A stretch of DNA of 64,000 nucleotides from the human T2T-CHM13v2.0 reference genome, Homo sapiens (GCF_009914755.1 NC_060931.1); one strand, 5' to 3'. Counted from the first letter of the stretch, positions 31,111 to 46,394 are shown. A program made the numbers and translations. Notes: a model not told the origin generated them from the letters alone.

Positions 31111-32177
31111 ACATGTTTTCGTCTGCTAACTACAGCCCATTAAGTGATTTGATTAATTTAGCCTTCATTGAACAAGCATTTACTGAATGATTGCTATGCA
31201 GAAAGCACTCGTTGACTGTACAGAGCAGAAGTTTCTGGGCCCAAAAATTGATGCATGAAAAACACTTCTTTTCAGTCCCTTTATATGGGTAATAATACCT
31301 ACTCCTGTGATAGTTATGAACATGAAATTTAATAAGAAACTCTATATTTAAAGTTCTTACTATAGTGTCTGATACAGAATAGACTTTCAAAAAATTATAG
31401 CTGCAATAAATAATAACAGTAATGGTAGAAAAAGATGAGAACATGATTGAAGACATACATGGTCCCTGCTCTCAAAGTGAGATAAGAATGCGAGTAAATC
31501 ATAGCAATTCAGCATACCTGTAGTATGTCTTACAGAGATGAGTACAGCTGACAGCTGGATTGCAGGGACATGGAAGACTTCAGGGGAAGGAGACTCTTGC
31601 CTGGGTGGAGAGGTGGTGTGTGGGCAGACAGGTGGCAGCTTTTCCTACCGATGAGTTACAGGTGAGAACAGAAGAAGCCTCCTAGGTAGGGATGAGATTG
31701 TAGAGGGCACTGTGATGTTGTAGGAATATGGACTTTGTTCTCTACACAGTGGGGAACTGCTCTGTTGGCCAGGTGGTATTAGATTGGAGGATTGTAATAC
31801 TGGAGGCAAGGAGATCAGTGAGAAGATTCTAGCAAAATCCAGGGGGAGTGAGAAGAGCTGTTATCTATCATAGGAATCAGGGACAGATGGAGCTATGCGT
31901 TAAGGAGTTGGATATATGAACAATATGACTGGAAATCAGGGGAGAGATCTCAGAGTAGGAGACATGGGAATCATCACCACTAGATTCTGGGAAATCATCC
32001 AGGAAGGGATGGGAGGGAAAAGGCCACGAATAGAACCATAAAGGTACAGATACCAAGGGTATTTAAGTGGTAGGCAGATGAAGAAGCAGGGAAGAAAACT
32101 GGGAAGGACTGGTAAGAGAAGTATAAGGAGAAAGAAGACCTATATGATAGGGAAGCCAAGAGTCTCAAGAACGTGAT

Positions 32178-32504
<327 letters not shown>

Positions 32505-33889
32505 CTACAAATAGGTTAAGTGGGAAGAGGCCTAAAAAGTGCTCATTCATTTTGCCTGTTTGAGAGTCATTGGAGACATTGGCCCACGTGGTTTTTATGA
32601 GGTGGTGAAGTCAGGAGGCTAAGTGAAGTTGAAGAGTAGTTGGGAGGCGAGGAAAGGAGAACTAAGGCATAAAAAGCAAACAACTCTAGAGTAGATTGGT
32701 TATTAAAGGAAACTCTAGTTTATAGCTAAAGGAACCTGCAGGACTGAAGAAAGCCTCTGTAGGACAGAAGAGTCTAACACACTTGTATAGCTGGAGTGGG
32801 AACCACAGAGAATGGTGGGTTCAAAACACAGACAAAAGGGGGCAAAAATGGTCCCTGAGGAAAGAGAAGGGTGTGGGACCCTGAGTAGAGAGAAGGCACA
32901 GTCTTCCTCTAAGACCTGAGTGAGAAACATTAGGACAGGTGCTCCTAGGAAGCTGAGAGGGTTAACATCTGAGAGCTTCCGTTTTGCCTCAGAAGTAGAA
33001 GAGAAGGGCATTAGTGGAGAAGATGGCAAAGGAGTTGAGGCACTGCACAGCTTGAGAGTTATGGAGAGATGGGCTAGTCAAGAAGGGGAGTTGAAAAGGG
33101 GCTGATGAAGAACGGGAGACCGTTCATAGCAAAGAGGCCCAGCTGAAAGTCAGCTTTACAGGGACTCCAGGATGCAGAGTTGTGGGGTCTTCTCTAGCCC
33201 ACTCAGCAGCTAGGGGGCAGATGAGGTGCATTCATTCATTCAACCCATGTTTGAGCACTCACCACATGCGAGGCACTGTTTGCCTCCTTCACACTTAGGC
33301 TTCAGCCATCCTGAACCTTCATCGTTCTCTCAATGGGCCGTGCTTGCTTTTGCTTTTGGGATTTTGTACATGCTGCCCCTTTTGCCTGTAATACTATTTC
33401 TTGGCTTGCTTTTCAGCCTTATCTTCCCTTTTGCCAGAGTAACTCACAATTTGGGTCTCAATTGAATTGCTGTCTCTCCTAGGAAGATTTTGCTAACTTC
33501 TTACTCCACCCTGGTACTGACATACAATGGGGGCCCTGCTCATAGTCAGCAGACACTGCCTATCTCTATTATAATCTTTATCAAATCCAAAATTTGCTTG
33601 CGTACTTGTCTGTCTCCCAGACTGAACTGTAAATCCCTTATGGACAGGCACCATATCTGTTCACTGATTCACCATGTCTTATCCATTGAGCCAAGCACAG
33701 TGGCTGGCATGTGCTAGGTATTCTATAGAGATTTTTTTCCCCCTGATGAATGAGGAACATGACACAGTCCTGCCTCAATGCAGCAGTTGATTATGAACTT
33801 GATTCTGATTTGTATATGGATGGGGTAGTTGCAACCAGGGAACAAGGATCAGAGACTTGAAGATAGAGAGAAATTGAAATTGCGTATGG

Positions 33890-34200
33890 GTCCAGGTGCG
33901 GTGGCTCATGCCTGTAGTCCCAGCACTTTGGGAGGCGGAAGTGGGCGGATCACTTGAGCCCAGGAGTTTGAGATCAGCCTGGGCAACATGGTGAAACCCT
34001 GCCTCTATAAAAAAATTATAAAAATTAGCCAGGCATGGTGGCACATGCCTGTAGACCCAGCTATTTTGGAGGCTGAGGTGGGAGGATGACTTGAGCCCGG
34101 GAGGTTGAGGCTTCAGTGAACTGAGATCACAACACTACATTTCAGCCCAGGTGACAGAGCGAGACCATGCCTAAAAAAAAAAGAAAAAGAAAAAAAGAAA
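33890..34200 (+). mobile_element. AluJ
   Basis: Dimeric Alu; cttgagcccaggagtttgag; A-rich tail. Confidence 0.88.
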
Positions 34201-35065
34201 TTGGCCATAGGCTACCCAGTAGGGAAGGGAGTATAGTCAGAAGGGAACAGATAGACTCTGAGAAAGGTGTCTATCTGTGAACAGACTGGAGATTTGTTGT
34301 GGTCAGTGAACAAGTTCAACAGGTGCTAGGTAGGTTGAAGGATAAGCAATTGTGGGATTAGAGAGAAACACTGGGGTCTGAGGTTTCCAGGGTGGAGCAG
34401 TTTAGCATGATGACTAGGTCCAGGGCATGGCCGTGAAAGTAAGCTGTCTGGAGCTGCGGCAGTAAAGAATTGTGCATGTGTGCATGTGCTGGCAATAGGG
34501 TGTTGGATGGCCACCCATAGGGATTCTGAGGCCACTCAGGATAACAACAGGAGCTTGAAAATGACCAAAGATCGGAAGGAGAGACATGATACTGCCAAAT
34601 GTCAGGAACATCAGGAGGTGTGAGGAGGTTATTGTGCAGAGTGCTGCCTTCCCCAAGGAAAAATGGGGACAGCGTGGCTCATCTCCATGTCAATGGCTAA
34701 GTTGAAAAATAAGCATCCACCTGCTCTAAGTGAGTAAGTGAGGATGCAGTGTCTTCATAGTTCCAGGAAATGGAGGGGGCCAGATGAACTTTAAAGGGCT
34801 AGGTGGAAAGTTTGGAGGGAAGGTAACATTCCTTCCCAGGCCTTGTATAATAAATTAGAACTTTATTTAGAAAAGTAAATGTGTTTTGCCTATTTTGTGA
34901 ACAGCCTGATTGGCATAGGTGAGTGAAACATTACGATGTGGAATTTCTGACTTCATCAATTAGTAGTAACAGAAATCGTCATCTATTGGGAACACTACGT
35001 TGCACATACTGTGCTGTGAGTTTTATGTCCATTTTTTTTTCTTTCTCCAAAATATTAAAAGAAGG

Positions 35066-35643
35066 TGTTGGGAAGGAATGACTTTCCCTCTACTCTCCTA
35101 GCTTTTATAGCTGGGTCTATAAAATAAACAGACAACAGGTGGATTAACAGGAGAAAAGGTATTATACATGTATTAATTTTGAATAAATTTGTAATATTTG
35201 TGGGGGACATTGCAGGAAAAAACAGAAGTGAATAATCAAAAAAGCAGTGAGATTTGAGATGTTATGTACCATCTCAATAGAGGAAGGGGAGGAGGGATGC
35301 AGGCCACTTAGGGGAAAGTAAATGCTTTTTAGGGAATGAATAGTCCCTTAGAAAAACAGATGCGGGGTATGAGAGTTTGTGACAAAGTCTGTCTTAGTGT
35401 GACATTGACTTCTGGTCTCCTCCCCTGGGTGGGTAAAAGTCATTCTTCCTTGTTTGATGAAACCACCGGAGGGGGGCAAATTTAGGACAACTGAGTTTCT
35501 TTTGGAGGATCTGCCTTGAGGCAGATAAAGGGAGTTCAGAAAGAGCCTTTCCCTGTGTTTGCTGTTTTTCAAGTGCCTTCAGCTCAAAATAATCAATATA
35601 CCAACATGGCATATTTTACAGCGACATGTCCTGAACTTCTTCA
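35066..35643 (-). mobile_element. ERV1 solo LTR (MER89/MER92-like) inserted in a MIR
   Basis: Minus strand tgaagaagttcaggacatg...aaaatatgcc...tattgattattttgagctgaaggcacttg; 4-bp TSD AAGG (35062-35065, 35644-35647). Confidence 0.72.
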
Positions 35644-35808
35644 AAGGTGATAACATTTCCTATTTATAGCTGAAAACTACCAGGCTCAGTGAAAACTTTA
35701 CCTCCCCAAAGTCACACATCCAAAATGGCAGGGCTGGGGTTCAAGCCATGCCTGCCCAATTCTGAAGCCATGTGCTGCCTCCATGCAGGTGGTATTTACT
35801 TCCCTGAA

Positions 35809-36066
35809 CCAGGCTGGAGTGTGGTGGCACAATCTTGGCTCACTGCAAGCTCTGCCTCCTGGGTTCACGCCATTCTCCTGCCTCAGCCTCCTGAGTAGCT
35901 GGGACTCCAGGCGCCCGCCACCACATCCGGCTAATTTTTTTGTATTTTTAGTAGAGACGGGGTTTCACCGTGTTAGCCAGGATGGTCTCGATCTCCTGAC
36001 CTTGCGAACCGCCCACCTTGGCCTCCCAAAGTGCTGGGATTACAGGCGTGAGCCACCGCGCCCGGC
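35809..36066 (-). mobile_element. AluY lacking its 3' end and poly(A)
   Basis: AluY diagnostics (gttcacgccattctcc, ccgtgttagccaggatggtctcgatctcc); starts abruptly at ccaggctgg. Confidence 0.88.
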
Positions 36067-36589
36067 AAGAAGCTCTTTATCATAGCACAAGCCTACATGC
36101 GTATGTCATCAGTACCTACAGCCAGAGCTGCATTGTTGGTTCCTGAATTCATATAGAGGACTTAGAAAAAGGGTATTTTGCCATGGTTATCTATATGCTA
36201 GTCATGGCTAGTTATGTCGGTGTGACTGATGTGATCACTTATGTTTTGTGTTCTCATGTTGATGTCAGTGTTAATGTGCTGGTCATTATGGAGTTGAAGG
36301 CAGCACAAACATAATACTGACCCACCTGTTATCTCTTTTGTCTGTCATTGTTGGAGGAAGGGCTTGTCAGGGTGCCCTTGGTTCTTGTGATGTCTATAGA
36401 CCAAGGGCCAACCTCCTTATGGAAATGATCATCACCTTTTTAAAAATCTTGTACATTTTATAAATCTAGCAACATTGACTAATAGGAAGTGAACTGAAGG
36501 ACCTGTTTTCTCTACCAATCTGGCAAGAATACCAGATTTAGAGAGATAATTGCCTTAATTTGATGTAACCATCCTTTGGGGTGTGGGCA

Positions 36590-36840
36590 AGCAGTCAAAT
36601 GCAGTGGTTAGGGCAGTTTGGGAGAATTGCCCTGGGACTGGACAGATTGGGATTTTCATTCCAGCTCTGTCACATACTATCTGTTTGGTTTCAGGCAAGT
36701 TAACCTCCAAACGTTAATTCTTTTGCCTGTAAAGTGGAGATAAGAGTAACTATCTCCATGTTGTCCAAAGGATTCAATGAGTTCATTCATTGAGAGCTGT
36801 TAGTACAGTGTCTGGAATAGAGAACCCCTCAATCAATACC
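36590..36840 (+). mobile_element. MIR
   Basis: ccagctctgtcacatacta...caggcaagttaacct...ctgtaaagtggagataa. Confidence 0.65.
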
Positions 36841-37134
36841 ACCACTGATACTGCTGCTTCTACTGCTACAATGTTCACTCAACTTTGAATGCCTAATGCA
36901 AGTGACCACCTGAAAAAAACAGTGGCAATGAAAACATTGATTTGGCAGATAGTTATTTAATTATATGTAATATGTATGTGTTATCAACACAGAATTTTTT
37001 TGGGGGTTGGTAAATTTTGGAGAGCTCAGCTCCTGGGTATAAAATATACTAAATAAGTGCTGGATATGACAAGATAGATTGTTTCTTTTCTAATGAGAAT
37101 CTTTTCTTTGTCTACCTTTCTGGGTTTTTTACAG

Positions 37135-37242
37135 GAGGAATTTGATGGGGTCCTGAGAGAGGAGGCTGTGGCCAAAGCACTCCATCACTTGGGGCGCTCA
37201 GGCTCTGGGACTGAGCAAGTCTACCTCAATCTAACTTTATCA
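37135..37242 (+). CDS. LRGUK: LRGUK exon 2 (EEFDGVLREE...YLNLTLS)
   Basis: Pyrimidine tract plus acceptor ttttttacag|GAG; donor TCA|gtgagt; 108 nt, phase 0-0. Confidence 0.93.
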
Positions 37243-38899
37243 GTGAGTATGACAAAATCTCCATTGGCTGGCTACAGCTTGACACTGGCTAGACCATATT
37301 CATTTTCTTCAGTACTCTTAGCTTTTGTGGTGACAGCAAATCTTGGAGCCTCGCATTTGATGGAGACTGGTGACAAGAGATATTTCTGTAAATATTAGAC
37401 TTCAAAGAGCCCTGACCAATTCAGTAATCAGCCCCCCAAATTTCTTAGTTTTCATTCTCTTCACACTCTATTTCTTTCATCTTAAGTAGTCTATATTATA
37501 GTAATCAATGCTTTCTTTCCAGGAGGTTGAATTTGATTCTGTAAAACCAATCAAAGACTCTTTAAGAATTTTCTCTCTGATCAGTGGAAGAAACACTAAA
37601 CTTTATATCTGAATCCAAGGGAACAAAGTATTTTGATATTGACTTTCCCCACTAAGTATGTCAAGAAATAAGAGGCTTTGAGCTATACCTTACTTTCCAA
37701 AAGATACCTATCATTAAAGAAAAAAAAATCTATTATTATTCATCAGTTTTTAAGATTTCAGTACTCATCATAGAGTAGCACAAAACCTTGGCTTCAATTT
37801 TATCAAAAGAGAGGCTGTAAGAGCAAACTACTGGGAATACTTGCTTCTTTCCTCATTTTGTCTCTCTGTAGTCCTAGAAAAACAATTTAAGTCGTTGTGC
37901 CTCCTTATATTGTAAAGCATTAAATATTCATTGGAGATCCACAGAGTAAATTTAGGTACATATGAGAAAAAAAAAACGCACATTGAAATTTTACCATGGC
38001 ACCATGATTTGGCGAAAGGGTATGTAATTCACTATAAGCCTGTTCTATCTTGGATTTGAATGAGTAAGCTAAGCAAGAAATGTTAAACTTTTTTCACCTT
38101 TGCTAGTTCCATGGGCATGTCCTTCAAGGTCAGCATATTAAAACAGTAATCTTTTTCTATTTTCACTTTGTAACATTTTATGGATGACTCAGCCAGTCAG
38201 GCAATAACATACAGGGAGCACCCTGTATGCATTGCACTGTGTTTGACGCTGGAATATGGTATATAATTCCAGCAGCCAGTGCATCCCCACACAAGCCCCT
38301 TTCAATCAATATTCTACTTCTGTAGGTAGTGCTATGCCTTAAATTGATCTACCCCAAAAAGCAATCCTTTAAATCTTATTTCAGCTGGATGGACTGAAGC
38401 TTAATTTATTTTGCCACTGACCTCCTTACATTTGAGATATTACACGTTGAATTACTTTGACTTAATAACCTGTCTTACTGAATACACTTTCTTAGAGTTG
38501 CCTAGTTTGGTGATTTTTTTTTCCTTTATGTCTTACTTATGTTACATGTTATTTTTTTTACTTTCTCTTATTATTTGTGTACATATCTTCTCTCCTACCA
38601 AAGTCATAAGTTTCTTAAGGGCACAATATAGCTCTCTTCCATCATTGCATTTCTCATCATGCCAAGCACAATGCCTTGTAAATAGTAAATATTCAGTAAG
38701 TGTTTATTTATTATTACTGTTCTAGCGGCCTTCATTAAACAATCACCATTATTCTATATGAGAACGTGCTTATAATGACTCTTCATTGGTTTGCTTGTTT
38801 TCTGACTCCGCCATCACGACATAAAACAATCATAGAAGTCTTTGTTCCACTCAACCAAATTCCCCTCAACCTCATCTGAAGTTGACTAGAATCAAGATA

Positions 38900-39130
38900 T
38901 CCTGGAAAGAATTTTGGACAAGGATTCAAGAGACTTAGATACTGCTTCTCTATAACTAACTTGCTGTGTGATTTCAGGCTGTTAACATACCTCTCTGTAC
39001 CTCACATCCCTCATCTCTAAATTGGGAATAAGCTGCCCTACAGATTTCACAGGTGTGTTTGATCAGATGAGATTATTGTGAAAGAGCTTTGAAAATGAAA
39101 AGGTGAAAGTGTAGGTAGTATTGTTATTAA
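38900..39130 (+). mobile_element. MIR
   Basis: ttgctgtgtgatttcagg...ctctctgtacctcacatccctcatctctaaattgggaata. Confidence 0.65.
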
Positions 39131-39546
39131 TGATTTCCTGATGAGGTGTGAATTCTCTTTAAAACTTCATTTAAATTCTAGACATTTTTTTCTTCTACTA
39201 GGTAAAGGCCTTGTCTTTATTGCTATTGTGTGATTTATTAAAAGAAAAAAAAGACTCTGTTCTAACGGTCTCCATGAACACTGCTTTAAATTGGCCTTTC
39301 ATGTTGTATTTGTTTTTGCTAACAACACTAACGTTATTAAGCTATTATTTTCTTCAAAGGAAGGGCTTTTTTTTTATGGCATCTGTTTTGAGATCCTATT
39401 AGTAGCAGGCTTCAGATTTTGTTCTCTCTCTTCTTCTATACTTGTGAAAGAAATTCTGGATTTCTTTCCATCAAGAGTTATTGCAAGAAGGCTGAGTAGT
39501 AACCTGATAAAGCAACATTAAAGTCTTTTACCTTTTGTTTTCTCAG

Positions 39547-39628
39547 GGTTGTAATTTAATTGATGTTAGCATTCTCTGTGGATATGTTCATCTACAGAAG
39601 TTGGATCTTTCAGCGAATAAAATTGAAG
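39547..39628 (+). CDS. LRGUK: LRGUK exon 3 (GCNLIDVSILCGYVHLQKLDLSANKIE), first LRR
   Basis: Acceptor tttctcag|GGT; donor GAAG|gtatgt; 82 nt, phase 0-1; LxxLxLxxNxI motif. Confidence 0.93.
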
Positions 39629-39996
39629 GTATGTAATTGTCATTCTAGATTGATCACTGAATTATCTGAAAACTTAAACGTTGCAGTATGTAATATGGTT
39701 TAATAATGCCAGACTTGATATCACTAATTTGTGTATCAATTTACATATTGATCCTTTGCTTTCCATGTAAAAAAGGCACCGATAACTGCTGAGAGAGAAA
39801 AAGGCACAGATCTGCAATATGATGATGTGGCTGAGATGCAGTCAATGATATTTAAGACTAGGAGATGGAATGTTGGCTTTATTTTTTCCTTTTAAGAGAT
39901 CGATCATTACTTCTTCAATACTCCCTGAATATTTAATGATTTCTTTTCTTTTCCTCTGTTACTCAGTGCAGATGAATTAGTCTTTTTTTTCTTTAA

Positions 39997-40382
<386 letters not shown>

Positions 40383-41364
40383 ACATTTTGCATTTTAAAT
40401 CTGTTAGCTCTTTTACCCTTATTATTGAGCACCAGGGATTCACAAATACATATTTTTCATTCTTTTTTGCTGTCTTTATTTAGTTGATTCTTTCAACTCT
40501 AACTCCACAATTTGTAGTTTTATATAAGGTATTTGTTATGACACCTTGTTCACATTTAATGAAATTAGTCCTACCATTGTCAAATTTTCTTCAAAGCTTG
40601 ATCCTTGTTTATAATTTTCTGATCTTATTTGAAGTTGACAGTGTATAATGTTTTTCTTTAGATTTCTAGGGAAGTGAGCAAATCATTACTTCTGACCTGC
40701 TTTCTTCACTGATAATCTTTCTGCTTGCTTCTTTTGCCTGCCTTTTTTATGACAAATAAATGTTGCTGATATGTCTTCTCTGTTTGATTCTGGGGTTTTT
40801 TTCCCCTTCTAGGACCCTAATAAAGTCCACTTTTTAACGATTAAGAAATATTCTAGCCCATTTTCATTCTTAAAATACTACTGTTTTTGAAAGACTTTCA
40901 ATTAACTTTTTTCTAGTTTTCTAAAGCTTTATTATGGAAAATTACAAAGCACAAATAGAATATTGGAATGAATATTTGGGTTCAACAGTGATCAGCCCAT
41001 CTATATACCTCCCTGCCCAGCTTCCCCAGGGTTATTTTAAAGCAAATCTTAGATGGTCATCTCATCAGAAGGCCTTTTCTAGTGTCTCTGGCAGGAGCAC
41101 TTGGCCTACTCCATACCTCCGCGGTTGTTTCCATTTGCTGGGTAGGAAATCGCGGAGTGGTGGGGGCCTTGCCAATGCTCACTGCTGACAACAGGAGCAG
41201 GGAGCCCACAGTTACGCTCCAAGCCTTTCTCTTCAGCCCGATCAGTCCTCACTAACCTTGGATGGCACATTTCATTAGTTCGTCAACTGTTTGAAAGCCT
41301 CCTGTGTGTAAAGTACCGCATATGTTTCTTTTTGTGATGACAGTCTCACTGGTCTCCTGGTGCA

Positions 41365-41545
41365 GGCCAAACTTCAGACTGCATCCGAATCACCTGGAAG
41401 CCCTGATAACACAGATTTCTGGGCCCCACTCTCAGGGTTTCTGATTCGGTAGGTTTGGGGCGGGGCCTGGAAATTTGCATTTCGAATAAGCTCCTGGATG
41501 AGGCTGATGCTGCTGGTCCGGGACCACATGCCGAAAACCAGTGAT
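41365..41545. mobile_element. MER5A hAT-Charlie MITE
   Basis: gaatcacctgg...ctgggcccca...tctgattcggtaggtttggggcggggcc...tttgcatttc...gctgatgctgctggtcc. Confidence 0.8.
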
Positions 41546-43172
41546 GGAGACACGAGGAGCTCCTGCCCTCTGGTGGGCAAGGAGGTCACTGCACTGATAG
41601 GGACCACAGGCCAGCTCAAGTTCAATGTCCAGCAACCCAGACCAAGGACTTTTTTCTGTCTTGATATGAAAACACTGGCTATCTACAGTGTGTGAAATGC
41701 ACTCACCATCTCTTTGTCTCTAGCTAAGTACTAGCTGCTGCTTCTGCTTCAAGAAGGATCTCCATTTACCTGCCCACAGAAAGATCATCTTTCAGGAGAG
41801 TCTGGTGGTCCCGTGAAGTTAGTAGAGTTGAGACCACTGCTGACAGACATGTAGCTGAGCTCAGCATGGACAAATCGATACCACTTGGAAAGCAATTACA
41901 GTTTCTCCTTAGGTTTCCTCGAAGAGTTCTTCCTTGATTTGCTGATTCATTTCCAACAAAGTGTTAATGTCTCAAAGTACTGTCTCTCCTGGAACTATTT
42001 ACATTTAGTAAGGAAGGGCATGGTTTCGTCCAGAAAAATAACATAGAAATTGGGGGGAATTTTCTGGCTTCAGTGACTATTGAGAAGGGAAGATACCAGG
42101 AGGCCCCTTACATAGCATGTCCTACCCACCTCAGGGCAGGGCCCCAACTACTCCAGGCTGGCTTCCTTCCCCAGGTCTGCATGTGTCTGTGCCACTTGGA
42201 GAAAGGTAGAAGCACTTCGCTTGGCTTCGGGTGAGGAGGCTCCATTCTCCCACTAGAGGCCATCCCCAGGAGGTTGTAATAGCGCATACTATGATCTAGA
42301 ATCTAGAACGAGGAGAGAGAGGGAAATGCTAGCATTGTTGCCATTTTTAGGCAGAGAAAGGACTTACTAGTAGAGACAGGGCCATAACCCTTACTGTGTG
42401 ACCCTTCCTGATTCCTTCCCTAATTCATTCCCCTACCTCTGTGTCTGCTGTAAAGTCATAGAGAAAGGTAAAACAATAGTTCATATCTTTTATCTTTTAT
42501 ATGTAATTTCATTAGCACTATCCTTTATTAGCACAGTAGTTCTTTACTTAGTGTTCAAGATTCAAAGTGTGTGCTTGGGATAAAATGCAAAACTCGGATG
42601 TACGTTTGATCCAATCTGGAGTCAAAAATCAAATAACAGCAATGAGTTAAATCACTTCAAATAGTTAATGCGATCTAGTGGTAAGTCCAACTGAAACAAA
42701 ATTTAATTTACAACAAAGAGAGTTTCCTAATTGTGGCATTTCCACTCTTTATGAAAAGATCTAATTTAGTTATTTAGGGGCTAATTATCAAGAGGATTAT
42801 CTAAGGCTTTTGCTCTTCATCCTTTTCTCAAATGCTGGCAAGTTTTGTAGCATTTCATTGTTAGTGGCAGAGTGAGCGGGCATGCGGAAGAGGCCGCAGG
42901 GATTGGTTACTTGGCTGCCCCCAAAATAGGGCATACAAGGATTGGCCACCCCTGGGGAAGAGGATTAAATTATTGACTCCGAGAGTTTTCTACCTTTTTT
43001 TTGTATATTTCACATACTCCTGATTTTATTCCTTTCACTCATATGGAATAATTAAGATGTCTTTGCAACTGTTATAATTTTAAAATATTCTGATGTCATG
43101 TACACTGTTTTTAATGCCTTTGTCTTGTTATTTTATTGGCTTACCTTATTCTGTATCTGTTTCCCTCCGTAG

Positions 43173-43273
43173 ATTTATCTTGTGTGAGTTGTATGCCTTA
43201 TCTCCTAGAACTTAATGCTTCTCAAAATAATTTGACTACGTTCTTCAATTTCAAGCCACCCAAAAACCTCAAG
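43173..43273 (+). CDS. LRGUK: LRGUK exon 4 (DLSCVSCMPYLLELNASQNNLTTFFNFKPPKNLK)
   Basis: Acceptor ccctccgtag|AT; donor AAG|gtagac; 101 nt, phase 1-0; continues the 22-aa LRR register. Confidence 0.92.
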
Positions 43274-43899
43274 GTAGACTTTATGAATACCTTAATTACA
43301 CATTAAGGGGTTTGCAAAAGTGCATTAAATAAGCAAAATAGCACTCAAATAGAGAATTCAGAGAGAATAAGATACAGAGGTAAGCAATGTAAGTGTCTGA
43401 AATGAAATAAAAAAGAAGGCTTTGTGTATACTTTATTTTGGAAAAGGGAGCTGGTCTGTCAGTGGATAGGCTTTCTGGAAGCTTTGTTCAAACCTAGTGT
43501 TCAAACCAACGAACTTCCCTCTGGTCTCCTCTTTCCCTCATTTGAATAGTAGTTATTATTGCCCTTTTTTTGTTGTTATAGTGGAACAATTTTTTAAAAA
43601 TATTACTTGGTACATTTTATTTATTTAAAGAAATGCATTTTATTGTGTATATTTCAGATGTACAGCATGATGTTATGGGACATATAGCGGAATAACTTAT
43701 CTGAAAAATTTTATATCTGAATAATCTGTAAAAATGTCCTAGGCTCAAACTTTGCCCTTTTATTTATCTAACTTTACTTTTTAAGAAAATAATGCTTTCA
43801 GATCTCCATTCTTGCTTCTCCGCACTTGCTTTTGCATTTCTGAAGCAGAAATAAACTACCTGTGGACAGTGGTGGATGGAATAGTTTGCTATGCCCTAG

Positions 43900-44652
<753 letters not shown>

Positions 44653-45279
44653 TAATTAAAAAGTCATTTTAAGGAATGGACATCAACTATTGCCTTTTAT
44701 TATCTATTAGTTTTATTTTATTTACAAACCAAATTAACTTAAATCCAAAATATTCTATGGAGAGTTGCACAAATATGAAAATCTGTTTGAAATCAAGAAA
44801 CAGACATTCCCTTATACTGATGAGAGACCTTAATTTTCAATTTTTCTTCAGTTTTATATCATTCCCTTATCAATAGTGCATTTTTTCCCTTTGAAATTAT
44901 AGTTTTTGCCAGGATGACATTCCTTTGTGCAAATAAGCCGCACTAGGTGCCTATCTGTACTCAGTGTGGGGCCGCATCGTCTTGAGGTTATCAGGAATTG
45001 AATTTGCAAAGCTGTTTTGATTCACCTTTTGCTGTTCCATTCGCCTTGTCTGAAGCCACAGGGCAGTCATTCATGGTAACAGCATGACCCCTACCCCAGG
45101 AAAAACTTTGGAGTTTCTCCCTTTCACACCCCTTCCTTGCACTCTCCCAGAAAGACCCTACAAATGAACAAAAACAGATCATGGACCCCATCTTTAAGGT
45201 TCTGAGCTCCTGGAGAATTACAAGCAAATATATTGGTCATTTTAGAGAAGTGTGTACCAAGTGCCAAGCTGTACCCTGA

Positions 45280-45657
<378 letters not shown>

Positions 45658-46101
45658 TCAGGTGTTTTCAATGTATTATTTAATCCTCCCAATAAAGCTG
45701 TGGGGCTGTCCTGATATTGTCCTGATACTGAAGCATGAAAGGTTAGGTAACTAACTTCACCTTTGCTGGGAGGCAGCGGAACTGGGATTGAACCCACTGT
45801 CTGAGACCCCATGGCCCACATCTTTCCAGTAAGTCAGGCTCATGTACTATGCTCCGCCATCTTGAGAAGCTCCACTTCCTTTTCATTTAATATCTATGAG
45901 CCTTGTACCACCAACCAGAGAGAACATGCATTTCCTAGAGCGGGGACTTGTATGTGCACTCTTTTTGTATTTATTAGAATGCTTTTGCTCTTACTAGGTG
46001 AAAAATGTTAATTTGACTTGATGGCTACTTTTTCCAAGCTCTAGGTTCCAATGGGAGTCCAAACAGTGGCACAAACCCCTTTAAGGTCTTTCAAGAAACC
46101 T

Positions 46102-46394
46102 GGCTGGGCACAGTGGCTGAGGCCTGTAATCCCAGCACTTTGGGAGGCTGACACGGGTGGATCACTTGAGGTCAGGGGTTCAAGACCAGCCATGGTCAAC
46201 ATGGTGAAACCCTGCCTCAACTAGAAATACAAAATTTAGCCTGGCATGATGGTGGGAGCCTATAGTCCCAGCTACTTGGGAGGCTGAGGCAGGAGAATCG
46301 CTTGAACTGGGAGGCAGAGGTTGCAGTGGGCCAAGACTGAGCCACTGCACTCCAGCCTGGGCGACAGAGTGAGACTCCATCTAAAAAAAAAAAA
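46102..46394 (+). mobile_element. AluS
   Basis: Dimeric Alu; TSD AAGAAACCT. Confidence 0.92.
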
